NCBI GenBank assembly: GCA_964632485.1
Contig: CAZWDO010000007.1
Location: 62,001 to 126,000, forward strand
Source: an uncultured bacterium
GTDB taxonomy: Bacteria; JAGOEH01
Reading direction: 5' to 3'
Length of the DNA stretch: 64,000 nucleotides
The notes under the pieces: model-generated
The model's input: only the letters and a program-made list of their open reading frames with translations
Databases searched by the model: none
What the model was told of the DNA's origin: nothing
Made by a program: the position numbers and the translations under genes
Shown: positions 9,726 to 19,407 of the stretch, in pieces
Layout: each line of letters opens with the position of its first letter
Position numbering within the stretch: position 1 is the stretch's first letter

Positions 9726-10490
9726 ATGCCAATAGAAAAATATTCAGCGCCTTCAATTTTGCCGCGTGTTCTGTTAATCCTGGTAATCTTTCTGATCATC
9801 ACAAATTTTGCCACATTGTTCTATTTTAATCATGATTTCAATCGAATCGCTTCAGAAATTGAACAGCAAAACGAATTAAAAAGTTCTATTTTACATCAAA
9901 AACAAAGCCAACTCGATTCATTGGGCCATCTTCATGACAGTTTAGCCTTAGTCAATCAATATTTGCAGGTTCAAATCGAAGCCTTAAAAACCGATGGATA
10001 TTATTTAATTCTGGATGTAGGACGCCACCTACTGTTTCTTATGAAACGCGACATGCTGATTTATTCTGATTTTTTTGGTAGTGGCAAGGGTAGCATTTTA
10101 GTCAATGGGCGGCGCTATAATTTTAGTACTCCTAAAAAGGAATTCAGCATTACAAAAATTGAATCAAGGCCTTGGTGGATACGCCCGGATTGGTTTTGGA
10201 CCGAACAGAAACTAGCTGTACCCAGTCAATTTATAACGATTCCGAATCATTTGAACTACTACCAGGCGATCCGCTACTATTCTAATCTATCGCCGGAAGA
10301 ACAACTTAGGGTGCGGAAGGTTCCCGGTGTGCTGGGGCGTTATAAAATTTATCTTCAGGATGGAGTATTAATTCATTATGGAACAGGGATTGGAAAAAAT
10401 GTCAGTCATGGCTGTATTCGCGTCTCCAGCCAAACCTTATCGATTCTTTTCCAGTACCTGAAAGTGGGAGATCCGATTTATATTTTTTAA
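9726..10490 (+). CDS. Membrane-anchored L,D-transpeptidase (YkuD family)
   Basis: N-terminal TM helix, coiled coil, PWWIRPDW, LIHYGTG..VSHGCIRV, LKVGDPIYIF. Confidence 0.88.
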   Translation: MPIEKYSAPSILPRVLLILVIFLIITNFATLFYFNHDFNRIASEIEQQNELKSSILHQKQSQLDSLGHLHDSLALVNQYLQVQIEALKTDGYYLILDVGRHLLFLMKRDMLIYSDFFGSGKGSILVNGRRYNFSTPKKEFSITKIESRPWWIRPDWFWTEQKLAVPSQFITIPNHLNYYQAIRYYSNLSPEEQLRVRKVPGVLGRYKIYLQDGVLIHYGTGIGKNVSHGCIRVSSQTLSILFQYLKVGDPIYIF

Positions 10491-10519
10491 ACCAAACTAA
10501 CAATTTAGCGGGCATCCAT

Positions 10520-10969
10520 TCAGGAAACAAGCTGATTGAAATAATTCATAACTTTATTCTTTAAATATAGAAAGTACACAGAACCACTCAGACCCAATAA
10601 TAAAACCAGCAATTTATACCAATTCCAGGAAAAGTAGGGATTACTGAGGTAATTGTAACCAAACATAAAAATTACCAGGAAAAAGGGCAAGAAAGTGTAG
10701 AAAAAGAATGCCCGTTTTAAGGAAAGATTGAAATAAATCCAATATTCATGTTCTGAGGTCCTGTTTTTTTCCCAACGGATTTGACCCTGGTCGATCAAAG
10801 TCAAGGGTCGCTTACTATTGAATCCGGCTAAAGGGGAGACAAAAAACAAGGTATCATCGTTAGACCAGGCTTTCAAGCGTTTGCGGATATAAAATAAACG
10901 TAGATCCTCCATAAATTTCAGCATATTATCCTGTGAAATCAGCAATTGCCATTTAATATCCCAAATCAT
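10520..10969 (-). CDS. Hypothetical membrane protein (two C-terminal TM helices)
   Basis: 149-aa ORF with SD AAGGAG; last gene of the minus-strand run. Confidence 0.6.
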   Translation of the reverse strand: MIWDIKWQLLISQDNMLKFMEDLRLFYIRKRLKAWSNDDTLFFVSPLAGFNSKRPLTLIDQGQIRWEKNRTSEHEYWIYFNLSLKRAFFFYTFLPFFLVIFMFGYNYLSNPYFSWNWYKLLVLLLGLSGSVYFLYLKNKVMNYFNQLVS

Positions 10970-10987
10970 AACGAGTCTCCTTAATAA

Positions 10988-11545
10988 TTATTTAAGTTCC
11001 GGCATTTTTTGAAAAGTGGAAATATAGACATGGCGCAACTCATAGCGGCGCAGATCAGCGGTCGCTTCGAAATCGCGTCCCTTCATATAATCGTCACCCC
11101 GTCGAATCACGACTTCGTCCGGAGTGTAAATAATTTCACGTTGGTTGTCCCATAAAAGCCGGTCGGTAAAAAGAGCCATAGAATCCTGTCCCATGACCTC
11201 CACTTCCTCACTGGCTTCCATATTATTGCTGACTGGATAGATACGACCTTTTTCGGCTTTTAAAAACGAAATGGTATCGCCAGCGCGATTCAGAAAATAG
11301 ATCGTCAATCCCTGGTCGGCCAACAACAAATTTTGTTCAAACTGTTGAATAACTCCCGCGGTTACCCGGGCCGTCACGTAATTACCATTCATCAACTGAA
11401 TACGGGCTCCGGATAGTACCTGATCAGCTTGAATGCTATCCGTTGAATATCCGTCTGTATCGAGTTGTTCAAGGGGTACCTTATCTTTGCAGCTCGTGAT
11501 AAGCCACAGAGTGTTAAGGAACAAAATCATTAAATTGAGTTTCAT
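10988..11545 (-). CDS. lptC: LPS export periplasmic protein LptC (lipoprotein type)
   Basis: Lipobox LITSC, then LKAEKG, L.TD.LLWDNQREIIYT.DEVVI, MKGRDFEAT.DL. Start set at ATG 11545. Confidence 0.82.
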   Translation of the reverse strand: MKLNLMILFLNTLWLITSCKDKVPLEQLDTDGYSTDSIQADQVLSGARIQLMNGNYVTARVTAGVIQQFEQNLLLADQGLTIYFLNRAGDTISFLKAEKGRIYPVSNNMEASEEVEVMGQDSMALFTDRLLWDNQREIIYTPDEVVIRRGDDYMKGRDFEATADLRRYELRHVYISTFQKMPELK

Positions 11546-13832
11546 ATTCTTCCTGTTTGGAGGGGGCCAAATGTTTGGCTTTTTCAAGATACAAACGGGC
11601 ATTTTTTTGATCGTTTGCCATTAAATACGCCAGCGCTAAATTAAAATGGAGATCGCCATCCCGGGTTTTTAAACGTATAGCGGCTTTAAACTGAGTAATT
11701 GCCTCTACAAAATTATTTTCCTGCATATAGAGATTCGCTAAATTGGCATGTGGATCACAATAGCGGCGATCCGCTTTAATTGCCGCGCTGAAAGCTGTAC
11801 GCGCCGGATCGGCAAATCCCATCCGCGCCAGATAGACTCCGCGATCATTCTCGCGTTCAGCGCTACTAGCATACAATTTTGTGGTGAAAAAACGTTCAAT
11901 CTGTTGTAAGCGGCTCTGCCGAACTCCCGCCACATTCAACGCCCAGTAGCGCATGACAGAATCAGCGATTAAATTCAGCTCGAAGCCATTCGTGTAGGAA
12001 CTCGTCGGCGGATATTCCAACCAGGCCTGCTGGACTACCTGGAAAGAAAATTCCTGAGATGAACGAAAATATTGGTATTGGCGGATACCCTCACGCCAAG
12101 CCGTATAAAAATCCTCTTTTTCCAGTAACGTAATTTCGATAGGAATCCATAGCTGATCATTAAAAACAATAAATTCATCGGCTTTAAGGGACAAATCGCC
12201 CATATCGGCGCGGTTTAATCCGCTATAAAAAGCTAAGTAGATATGCCCCGGGACAGAAACGAGCGCCGTCGGTACTCCAACGGCTTCGAGACAGGAAGCC
12301 ACCAAAGCGACCATGTCATCGCAATCGCCACTACGCGCGCGGAAGGTTTCTCCCGGAAATTGTATATAATCTGGTTTACCCGGTTGATTGCCAACATCCG
12401 GAATAGATGGGTCGCTGACATATTTTAGTCCCCACGCCTGCAATGCGCTATAAATCGCCATTGCCCAATGAAGATAGGCATTGATCCCATTCCAGGAGGA
12501 ATCTCCCAACGGGTAATTTACGATTTTACGCGTAAAGGTAACCGTCAATGAATCCGCAGGCGTAATAAAAGCCGCAAGCTTGCGAATATCATCCCATGTG
12601 ATGTAGCGGCTACCATAAACAGTCGTCTTTCGCTTCTCTTCCAGTGTATATTCCTTGTTTTGGTGATTGAAAACCACTAAGAAATGAGCCTGGGAATTAA
12701 AGATTTCATTAGCGGGTAAGGTTTGGACATTAAGTATCAGAGGAACCGCGACCTGACGCAATTCTCGAGGGGAGAGATCGATCCACTCATTATTAAACGA
12801 ATACTCAGTCATTAATTCAGGAATTTTAATGCCAACTTTCATTCTGATTTTATCGTTAGTATTGTTCTGCAACGTGATATAAGCCGGGGGTATATTGCTG
12901 TATTTTGACGCAAATGCCAGATACAAGGGAGCAATATAAGCATTGCGCACCATCAACGCCTTGGATCGACGGGTGATTGAACCACTAATTGAAAACACAT
13001 GGAGATCATTCAAAGCATAATGAGGTAGCCAGGCGTATTGAGCTGTAATTCCGGCTACTTCAAAAGCAAACCCGCAACTGGGAGTCCAATTCTCATTAAC
13101 CAGTAAATCTTTGCTAACCCCGGCGCGAAGTTGAAATCCTGCAATAGGTTCTACTTCTATTCCCCCGTGAAACTGATCATTCAGATCAACCGCAAAATTA
13201 CAGGCGCGCCAATGGTAAAAAAAACCGATTCCCCAACTGAAGGGTTCATTGGAACGTTGCGTAATCTCACGGTATTGGATTTTCGGATTGGCTATATTCC
13301 GAAGAGTCAATCCTAACCCAAAATTGCTAAATGGCAGATAATAAAGACCGAAATCCCCATCCACTTTCCAGCCACTGATTTGTCCCGGTAGAACCACTGA
13401 ACTTATAGTATCACTTGCGACATATTGCCGGAAAAAATAACTGCGGAAACCGATGCTCAACCGGGACCATAGCGTAATGTTATAGGTCAGCGCAGCCATA
13501 TTTTCTTTATAGGCAAAACTTCCCTGGTCGGTTCCCAGGTCAGAAAAACCCAAACCCAACCATTGATTTCCTGTAATGGGAATTCCCCCGTTCAATACAA
13601 GCACATTAACATTTTCAACCATCCAATTATAATAGACCAAATCCAATTGATAACGATCATACTGACGGGTAGCCGCCGGATTAAAATAATGCGCCATTGG
13701 ATCATTGAGCGCGATACCACAGCCACCCATTGCCGTCTGACGGGGTGTAAAAAAAAGTGACTGATAACGGGGCATCCAATCACCCCAGGCACAGGATGTA
13801 ATGAACAACCAAATAATAATCCACCGTTTCAC
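11514..13832 (-). CDS. PorV/FadL-like beta-barrel + Ig-like + transglutaminase-like (Cys-His-Glu) + TPR fusion protein
   Basis: Signal peptide; PRQTAMGG..IALNDP.AHYFNPA; alternating beta strands; KYVSDP..DYIQFPGET..SGDCDD..PGHIYLAF..WIPIEIT; C-terminal TPRs (HANLANLY, HFNLALAY). Confidence 0.8.
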   Translation of the reverse strand: MKRWIIIWLFITSCAWGDWMPRYQSLFFTPRQTAMGGCGIALNDPMAHYFNPAATRQYDRYQLDLVYYNWMVENVNVLVLNGGIPITGNQWLGLGFSDLGTDQGSFAYKENMAALTYNITLWSRLSIGFRSYFFRQYVASDTISSVVLPGQISGWKVDGDFGLYYLPFSNFGLGLTLRNIANPKIQYREITQRSNEPFSWGIGFFYHWRACNFAVDLNDQFHGGIEVEPIAGFQLRAGVSKDLLVNENWTPSCGFAFEVAGITAQYAWLPHYALNDLHVFSISGSITRRSKALMVRNAYIAPLYLAFASKYSNIPPAYITLQNNTNDKIRMKVGIKIPELMTEYSFNNEWIDLSPRELRQVAVPLILNVQTLPANEIFNSQAHFLVVFNHQNKEYTLEEKRKTTVYGSRYITWDDIRKLAAFITPADSLTVTFTRKIVNYPLGDSSWNGINAYLHWAMAIYSALQAWGLKYVSDPSIPDVGNQPGKPDYIQFPGETFRARSGDCDDMVALVASCLEAVGVPTALVSVPGHIYLAFYSGLNRADMGDLSLKADEFIVFNDQLWIPIEITLLEKEDFYTAWREGIRQYQYFRSSQEFSFQVVQQAWLEYPPTSSYTNGFELNLIADSVMRYWALNVAGVRQSRLQQIERFFTTKLYASSAERENDRGVYLARMGFADPARTAFSAAIKADRRYCDPHANLANLYMQENNFVEAITQFKAAIRLKTRDGDLHFNLALAYLMANDQKNARLYLEKAKHLAPSKQEEYETQFNDFVP

Positions 13833-13835
13833 TGT

Positions 13836-16800
13836 TTATTTCCTCATAATAACGACAGTACTAGTTTCAGATTCATTACCCGGTTTTTGCACAACAATAA
13901 AATAAAGACGATTAGGGAGATAATTTCCATTTTGATCCCGGCCATCCCATTCCACATAATGATCGCCTTCACTGAAATAATCGCCATTGATCACTTGCCG
14001 CACCAAACGCCGGGCAAGGTTATAGACAGAAATGGTGACAGCTCCGTCTTTACTCAGATTAAAATTAATACGAGTGGGTTCATGGTCCGGGGAAAAAACC
14101 TTGGGCTGAGCGCCGCTGATTCGCGCAATTGTAAAACGCTGCGAATAGGCGGCTACCGGTAGGCTCAACCCATCCGTGACCGAAAGCCTCAATTGGGAAT
14201 TGAGTTCCCCGGGTATTGTATAAGTGTCATTACAATTCCAGTAGTAAAGACTGTCATTTTTGTACATGGAATCCCCTCGCACATCCAACGCTGGCAATGT
14301 CATCCATGAATTGCCATAATCACCGCTATATTCAATCGTTATAACCAACGGATCATCATCCAGATCACTGGCTTCCCATTCAATATCCACTACTCCTTTA
14401 TATACCCTGCCGACTTCCACAAAAGAACCGCTGAAAGAAACCTGCGGCATTTGCTGAATTTTGTTGACTTTAAACACAATCGGTTCAACCCATTGGGAAA
14501 CCTCATTTTTACCATTAATTTCCGCCCGAATAGTGGCCCTGTACCAGGCATCTTCGGTTAGAGAGTCTTCTTCAGGCGTAATAAAACTATTTCCAACTAA
14601 ATTTTGATAACTACGCCATAAAAACATCGTATCCGGATAATGGTTAACTTCGATATGATACAGTATATTATCTTCATCATGTGGGTCCGGATCGGCTGAA
14701 GCTTTCCATAAGTAGGATGGATTATTATTAGTAATGATTCCGTTTTGAAGATCCTTAACCCGAAACAATTGAGGGACGGTCGGAGGCTCTACTAATTGAT
14801 CAATGTAAAAGCTAACCGAATCAAATCCGCTGAATGCTTTCCCATCGAACGAACGGACGCGGTAGCGGTAATATCCGTTTTCACTTAAAAAACTCCCTGG
14901 AGTCCACGCTATATAAAAAGTATGGATAAAACTATCAATCAAAGCATACGATGGATCGAGTTCATAAAGTTGATAATAATACCTGACAGAATCACCGTCC
15001 GGGTCGGTAGCGGCCTGAATAATACAAGGAGGAAGATTCGTTTCATTGATTTCCTGTTGATTAGTGGGTGAAAGGATGACCGGTTTTTGTGGCAAACGAT
15101 TTCCTGACTGAATTTCAAGCCGATAGGCATTACTCCACTGTGAAAAAAGTCCACCGTCATCAAATATCCGTAATCGAAAAAAATAAATTTTATAGTTTTC
15201 TAAAGCTTGCGGTAGAGTATACCCAAAAAGGTAAAACTGGTAAGGACTTTCAATAACCTCCAAATTGGAATAACTAATATCCTCAAAACGATAGAGTACC
15301 TGATTGAAAAACGTATCAGAACTGATTTCGCACTCGAATCCAAGAGTTTCAATAGAATCGGTATAATCCATATCCCCCATGGTCATAAATTCAATCGTGA
15401 CGTTAGTATCCCTGAGAATATTGTCATCATCCTTATTGCGTACATTCAGGATAACGGGTTGAGATGGAGCATCGTTTTCACTATTGTACAAAAAAGGGAA
15501 AGAATAAACCGGCTCGCCGGCCAATCCTTTTTGATCCAGGGCGGAAATGGACGCCCGATAGCGAATATTATCCTTCATCACAAACCCATCAGTAATCAGA
15601 GTGGAATCCTGATGAGAATACGCTGAAAAGACATTCGGGAATGTCAACAAAGTATCCACCGGGGCCAATTCATCCATGGCCTCAAAGATCGTGACCCGAT
15701 ATTGAAGAGTGGAAACCGAATCCTCTGGATCAGGATCGGAACCGGCAGACCACTGAAAATAAACATAATCATTATTGGTTTCCAGGCGGGTATCAGAAAA
15801 GAAAAACCCTCCATTGTCCTTTCGAACCTGAAATTGATTAATTGGATTAGGAACTTCATCAAGAAACGAAACCCGAAATGTATCCACTTGAGATGAAAGT
15901 TGATTAGTGGTATTGTCTTGAACAAGTACCCGCCAATAAAAAGATTCATTTTCAACCCGGGTACCATTCAGTAAAAAAACTTGAGTCAGATTGATCGTGG
16001 TGTAATACGAACTCCAATCAAAGATTTGATTTTGTTGGTAATAAAAGACATTCCCATTTTTTTGGAAATAGATATAAAGAAAAAAACGAAGTGAATCGGG
16101 AGGAGTATCCGGATCAGTTGGATTAGTAAACCGAAAAATAAGAGAATCATTCTGGTGGAAAATCAAATGGTTGGCTGGCTGTAGCAGTTCCGGGGCTTTA
16201 TTGGGGGGATCATCCACCAGATTGATGAAGAATTCCTGAGATGATGAATAATCGCCGAACTCTAATTGCGCATCACGCGCCCGAATCCGCCAATAGTAAT
16301 AGGTATTCTCAATAAGGTCCATCCCAATAGTCCAGCGCACGGTATCTTTAATGGGAAGGATACTATGAGCCGATGTAACGATTGAATGGAATTGATTATC
16401 CAACGCGACCTCAAAATTATAGGTCAGTAAAGAATCATCCGGATCAGTCGTGGCCAAAGCAACCAAAGTAGGACGCCGCGTATCGCGAATTTTCGTCTGA
16501 GAGGCAGGCGACAAGGGAATGGGTACTCCCGGGGGGCGATTACTGGGTGTAACCTGAATATTAAAAAACCGATCCAACATAACACTGCTATCATCGGCAA
16601 TCCGGAAAAAAAGTGTATGGTTGCCTATTGCCAGTGAATCCGGGATAGCAGTCAAACTGGCGGAAAAAAATTTGCCTTCTCTTGCGATAGAAGAAAGCTG
16701 GCACCAGGTAGGTTTCGCCAATGGAATAAAACGGACAGAATCACCAGAGTCTTCATCATAAGCATTCAGCAAAATTTCCAGTTGCTGCCCATAACGAATA

Positions 16801-19025
16801 AAAAATGTCGTATCTGACAAAGGCAGAAGCCACTGCGGCGCATCATTCGTATTTTTTACTTCTAACTGATACGTCTGTTGAGTGATCCGATCCATGTGAT
16901 CCCATAAAGTAATCTGCACAGTGTGCAAGCCAATGTCATCCTGCGTTGGCAACCACCTCAGAGGCACAAGCAACGTGTCTCCATTGTAAGTAAGCGAATC
17001 CATCAATAAGGTCATTTCCTGCGGCGCCTGACTAAGTTCTAAAAAAACCGGATCATTCTCAGCATCGAATACCTTTATCAAATAGCGATAGCCAATATCC
17101 TCCCAGGCCAGCGGTTCCGGTACTGATTCGAAAACAGGTTTATCGTTGATAAGATCAATATAAAACGCAACATAAGGATAGCGTTCTGAATAGCGTCCCG
17201 TTTGATCGATAACGTAAAGAGTGGCATAATACCAAATATGCTCCTGCAAAGAATTTCCACTATAAAAATAATAGCTTTGTCCCGGAGAAGTAGTGAATTG
17301 GAAAAACGGGGGACCAGTCGTATCAGAAAAAATCTGGATCATGAACCGCATGTTGGCTTGCTGTTCAAGAGGATCCGGATCTGGAGGCTCTGCCAAACCC
17401 CAGTAAAAAGTCGGATTATCAACCCCTAAATAATGTGTATTTACATTTAGCCCATAGATGCTGAAGGAGAGAGGAATCCCTGGGTTTTCTTCAATAAAAT
17501 TGACAAAAAACGGAGTCATCGGCGACCAGTGAGCGCTGCCACCACTTGCATCATGAACCCTCGAACGCCAGGCATATTGGGCATTATCAACCAATGTGCA
17601 ATCGCAAACATATTGCTGGGAGCTAAAATAGGTCCTCCCCACCAACAATTCGCCCGTTTTTTTGTAGATTTCATAATCGACTGTAAACAGAGAATCATCA
17701 CTATCTACAATATTACCAATATGAAATATAGGGCGGCTCATCTGCACAATCGCCGAATCCAATGGCTCGATGATTTGAAAAGTCGGGATATTGTTTCCGC
17801 TATTTATAAAAAAACGGGTAAGGGGATAGAGCGCCGAATCTCCACTTCTATCCCTAACGGCAATTTGAATCGTGTACCATAAATCTTCATAAAATGCTGA
17901 ATTAAACGAATAGGATAGCGTATCACCCGTTAGATATACCCATGGGGAATTTCGTATGGAATCGCCGTCCATCCAACCCACAGTTAACTGGTAAAAAAGT
18001 GAATCATTGGCATCAATATCAACAGCCGGTAAAAACTGCGCCGTTAAAAAAAGCGATTGATATTCGCTCTCATCTTGAGGTACTACAATCTCTGCTGGCT
18101 GCGGAGGATCATTGCGGTTAAGAACTTCCACGCTACCAGCCAGGGTGTCACTTGCCAACGAATCATCCCAAATGATCAGTCGAATAGGATGTAACCCCAC
18201 ATCGCTATTCCGGGGTATCCAGCTTAGCTCAAGAGCGCTGTCACTCTGTTGAATACTCAGCGAGTCGGGACCCGTCATCTTTTCAAAAGTAAAATGATCT
18301 AACGGGTCAATATCACGAAATTGTAAACGACGCGACCAAAAAAAATCCTGCTGCACGCTGTCGGTAAAACCGCTATCCAAAAAAAAAGGTGGGTCATTGT
18401 GGTTCAGAACAGTTAAAATCCCCGTTAACGTATCAAGGGCCAACGAATCATCGCGGATAATCATTTTCAGTGTATCAGTCCCTAAATCTGAATTGCCTGG
18501 CAACCAACTCAAACGAATTTTTTTTTGATTCCAAATGGAAGTGATATTAAGACCCGGAGGTTTTTTTATCGTAAGCAAGGTAAAAACCGAATCATCGGGA
18601 TCGGAAAAAAAGATATCCCGTTGGTAGCTTGAGGATTGAAGTAAGGTATCATAAAAAAGCGAAATATTAAAAACCGGGGGATCATTCGTATTGCGCACCC
18701 ACCAGTTGAGAATCAACGTATCAAACATCGCCGTCGTATCACCCAAACGCAACTTCAACTCATGCCATCCTCTCGAACTATCTACAGGGGTCCAGTTCAA
18801 GCGCCACGTTGTATCACTGAGCGTCGTCAGCGTAACGCCATTGGGAGCCGCCAGTAGTTGCATAAAGATAGAATCCCCGTCATCATCGCGCCCGCTAAGG
18901 GCTTTGGTGAAGAGTTGATCTTCCCATATAGTATCATTTTGCGCCACAGGTAGAAAATATGGAGGAGCCGCGGACATGATTACGCTCCAGCAAACCAGTA
19001 TCAGTATAACGCTAACTATCTTCAC
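13836..19025 (-). CDS. Giant exported cadherin/Ig/FN3-repeat surface protein with C-terminal FlgD-Ig (T9SS-like sorting) domain
   Basis: Signal peptide; recurring N.NDPP, L.W.P...D.G, DPD.D and YYWR.R motifs; C-terminus PKVFSPD..INFNL..VTISVYN...LVR..VEWDGRDQNG..LPN.LYFI. Confidence 0.85.
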   Translation of the reverse strand: MKIVSVILILVCWSVIMSAAPPYFLPVAQNDTIWEDQLFTKALSGRDDDGDSIFMQLLAAPNGVTLTTLSDTTWRLNWTPVDSSRGWHELKLRLGDTTAMFDTLILNWWVRNTNDPPVFNISLFYDTLLQSSSYQRDIFFSDPDDSVFTLLTIKKPPGLNITSIWNQKKIRLSWLPGNSDLGTDTLKMIIRDDSLALDTLTGILTVLNHNDPPFFLDSGFTDSVQQDFFWSRRLQFRDIDPLDHFTFEKMTGPDSLSIQQSDSALELSWIPRNSDVGLHPIRLIIWDDSLASDTLAGSVEVLNRNDPPQPAEIVVPQDESEYQSLFLTAQFLPAVDIDANDSLFYQLTVGWMDGDSIRNSPWVYLTGDTLSYSFNSAFYEDLWYTIQIAVRDRSGDSALYPLTRFFINSGNNIPTFQIIEPLDSAIVQMSRPIFHIGNIVDSDDSLFTVDYEIYKKTGELLVGRTYFSSQQYVCDCTLVDNAQYAWRSRVHDASGGSAHWSPMTPFFVNFIEENPGIPLSFSIYGLNVNTHYLGVDNPTFYWGLAEPPDPDPLEQQANMRFMIQIFSDTTGPPFFQFTTSPGQSYYFYSGNSLQEHIWYYATLYVIDQTGRYSERYPYVAFYIDLINDKPVFESVPEPLAWEDIGYRYLIKVFDAENDPVFLELSQAPQEMTLLMDSLTYNGDTLLVPLRWLPTQDDIGLHTVQITLWDHMDRITQQTYQLEVKNTNDAPQWLLPLSDTTFFIRYGQQLEILLNAYDEDSGDSVRFIPLAKPTWCQLSSIAREGKFFSASLTAIPDSLAIGNHTLFFRIADDSSVMLDRFFNIQVTPSNRPPGVPIPLSPASQTKIRDTRRPTLVALATTDPDDSLLTYNFEVALDNQFHSIVTSAHSILPIKDTVRWTIGMDLIENTYYYWRIRARDAQLEFGDYSSSQEFFINLVDDPPNKAPELLQPANHLIFHQNDSLIFRFTNPTDPDTPPDSLRFFLYIYFQKNGNVFYYQQNQIFDWSSYYTTINLTQVFLLNGTRVENESFYWRVLVQDNTTNQLSSQVDTFRVSFLDEVPNPINQFQVRKDNGGFFFSDTRLETNNDYVYFQWSAGSDPDPEDSVSTLQYRVTIFEAMDELAPVDTLLTFPNVFSAYSHQDSTLITDGFVMKDNIRYRASISALDQKGLAGEPVYSFPFLYNSENDAPSQPVILNVRNKDDDNILRDTNVTIEFMTMGDMDYTDSIETLGFECEISSDTFFNQVLYRFEDISYSNLEVIESPYQFYLFGYTLPQALENYKIYFFRLRIFDDGGLFSQWSNAYRLEIQSGNRLPQKPVILSPTNQQEINETNLPPCIIQAATDPDGDSVRYYYQLYELDPSYALIDSFIHTFYIAWTPGSFLSENGYYRYRVRSFDGKAFSGFDSVSFYIDQLVEPPTVPQLFRVKDLQNGIITNNNPSYLWKASADPDPHDEDNILYHIEVNHYPDTMFLWRSYQNLVGNSFITPEEDSLTEDAWYRATIRAEINGKNEVSQWVEPIVFKVNKIQQMPQVSFSGSFVEVGRVYKGVVDIEWEASDLDDDPLVITIEYSGDYGNSWMTLPALDVRGDSMYKNDSLYYWNCNDTYTIPGELNSQLRLSVTDGLSLPVAAYSQRFTIARISGAQPKVFSPDHEPTRINFNLSKDGAVTISVYNLARRLVRQVINGDYFSEGDHYVEWDGRDQNGNYLPNRLYFIVVQKPGNESETSTVVIMRK

Positions 19026-19407
19026 AATTCGCCTCCTCTATGCAGCGAATTCGTTGGCGATACCGCATCCAACCTATTACCAGGACCATACCGATAAAAT
19101 CAGCCGTCACATCCAGCCAACTGGCATCTCTGCCCGGAATAAACGATTGGTGGAACTCATCACTGAGGGCAAAAAAAAAGGAAAACAAAAAAATCCAGAG
19201 GGGAAACCTTCTATCCATGGAGGACCAGGTCGTAGCGGCTGCCATCCACCAGAAAAAAGTAAAAAACCCATATTCAACAAGGTGAATCAGTTTGTCATAA
19301 CTAAACAGCGGTTTTAGCATGGGAAGGGGCTTGGTTTGGTGCGATATTAATAAAATTATAAAACTATATCCTATTGCAGCAAACCAGTAAACTACTTTAA
19401 ATTTCAT
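19012..19407 (-). CDS. VanZ family protein
   Basis: DKLIHLVEYG, ALSDEFHQSFIPGRDASWLDVTADFIG. Confidence 0.92.
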   Translation of the reverse strand: MKFKVVYWFAAIGYSFIILLISHQTKPLPMLKPLFSYDKLIHLVEYGFFTFFWWMAAATTWSSMDRRFPLWIFLFSFFFALSDEFHQSFIPGRDASWLDVTADFIGMVLVIGWMRYRQRIRCIEEANCEDS

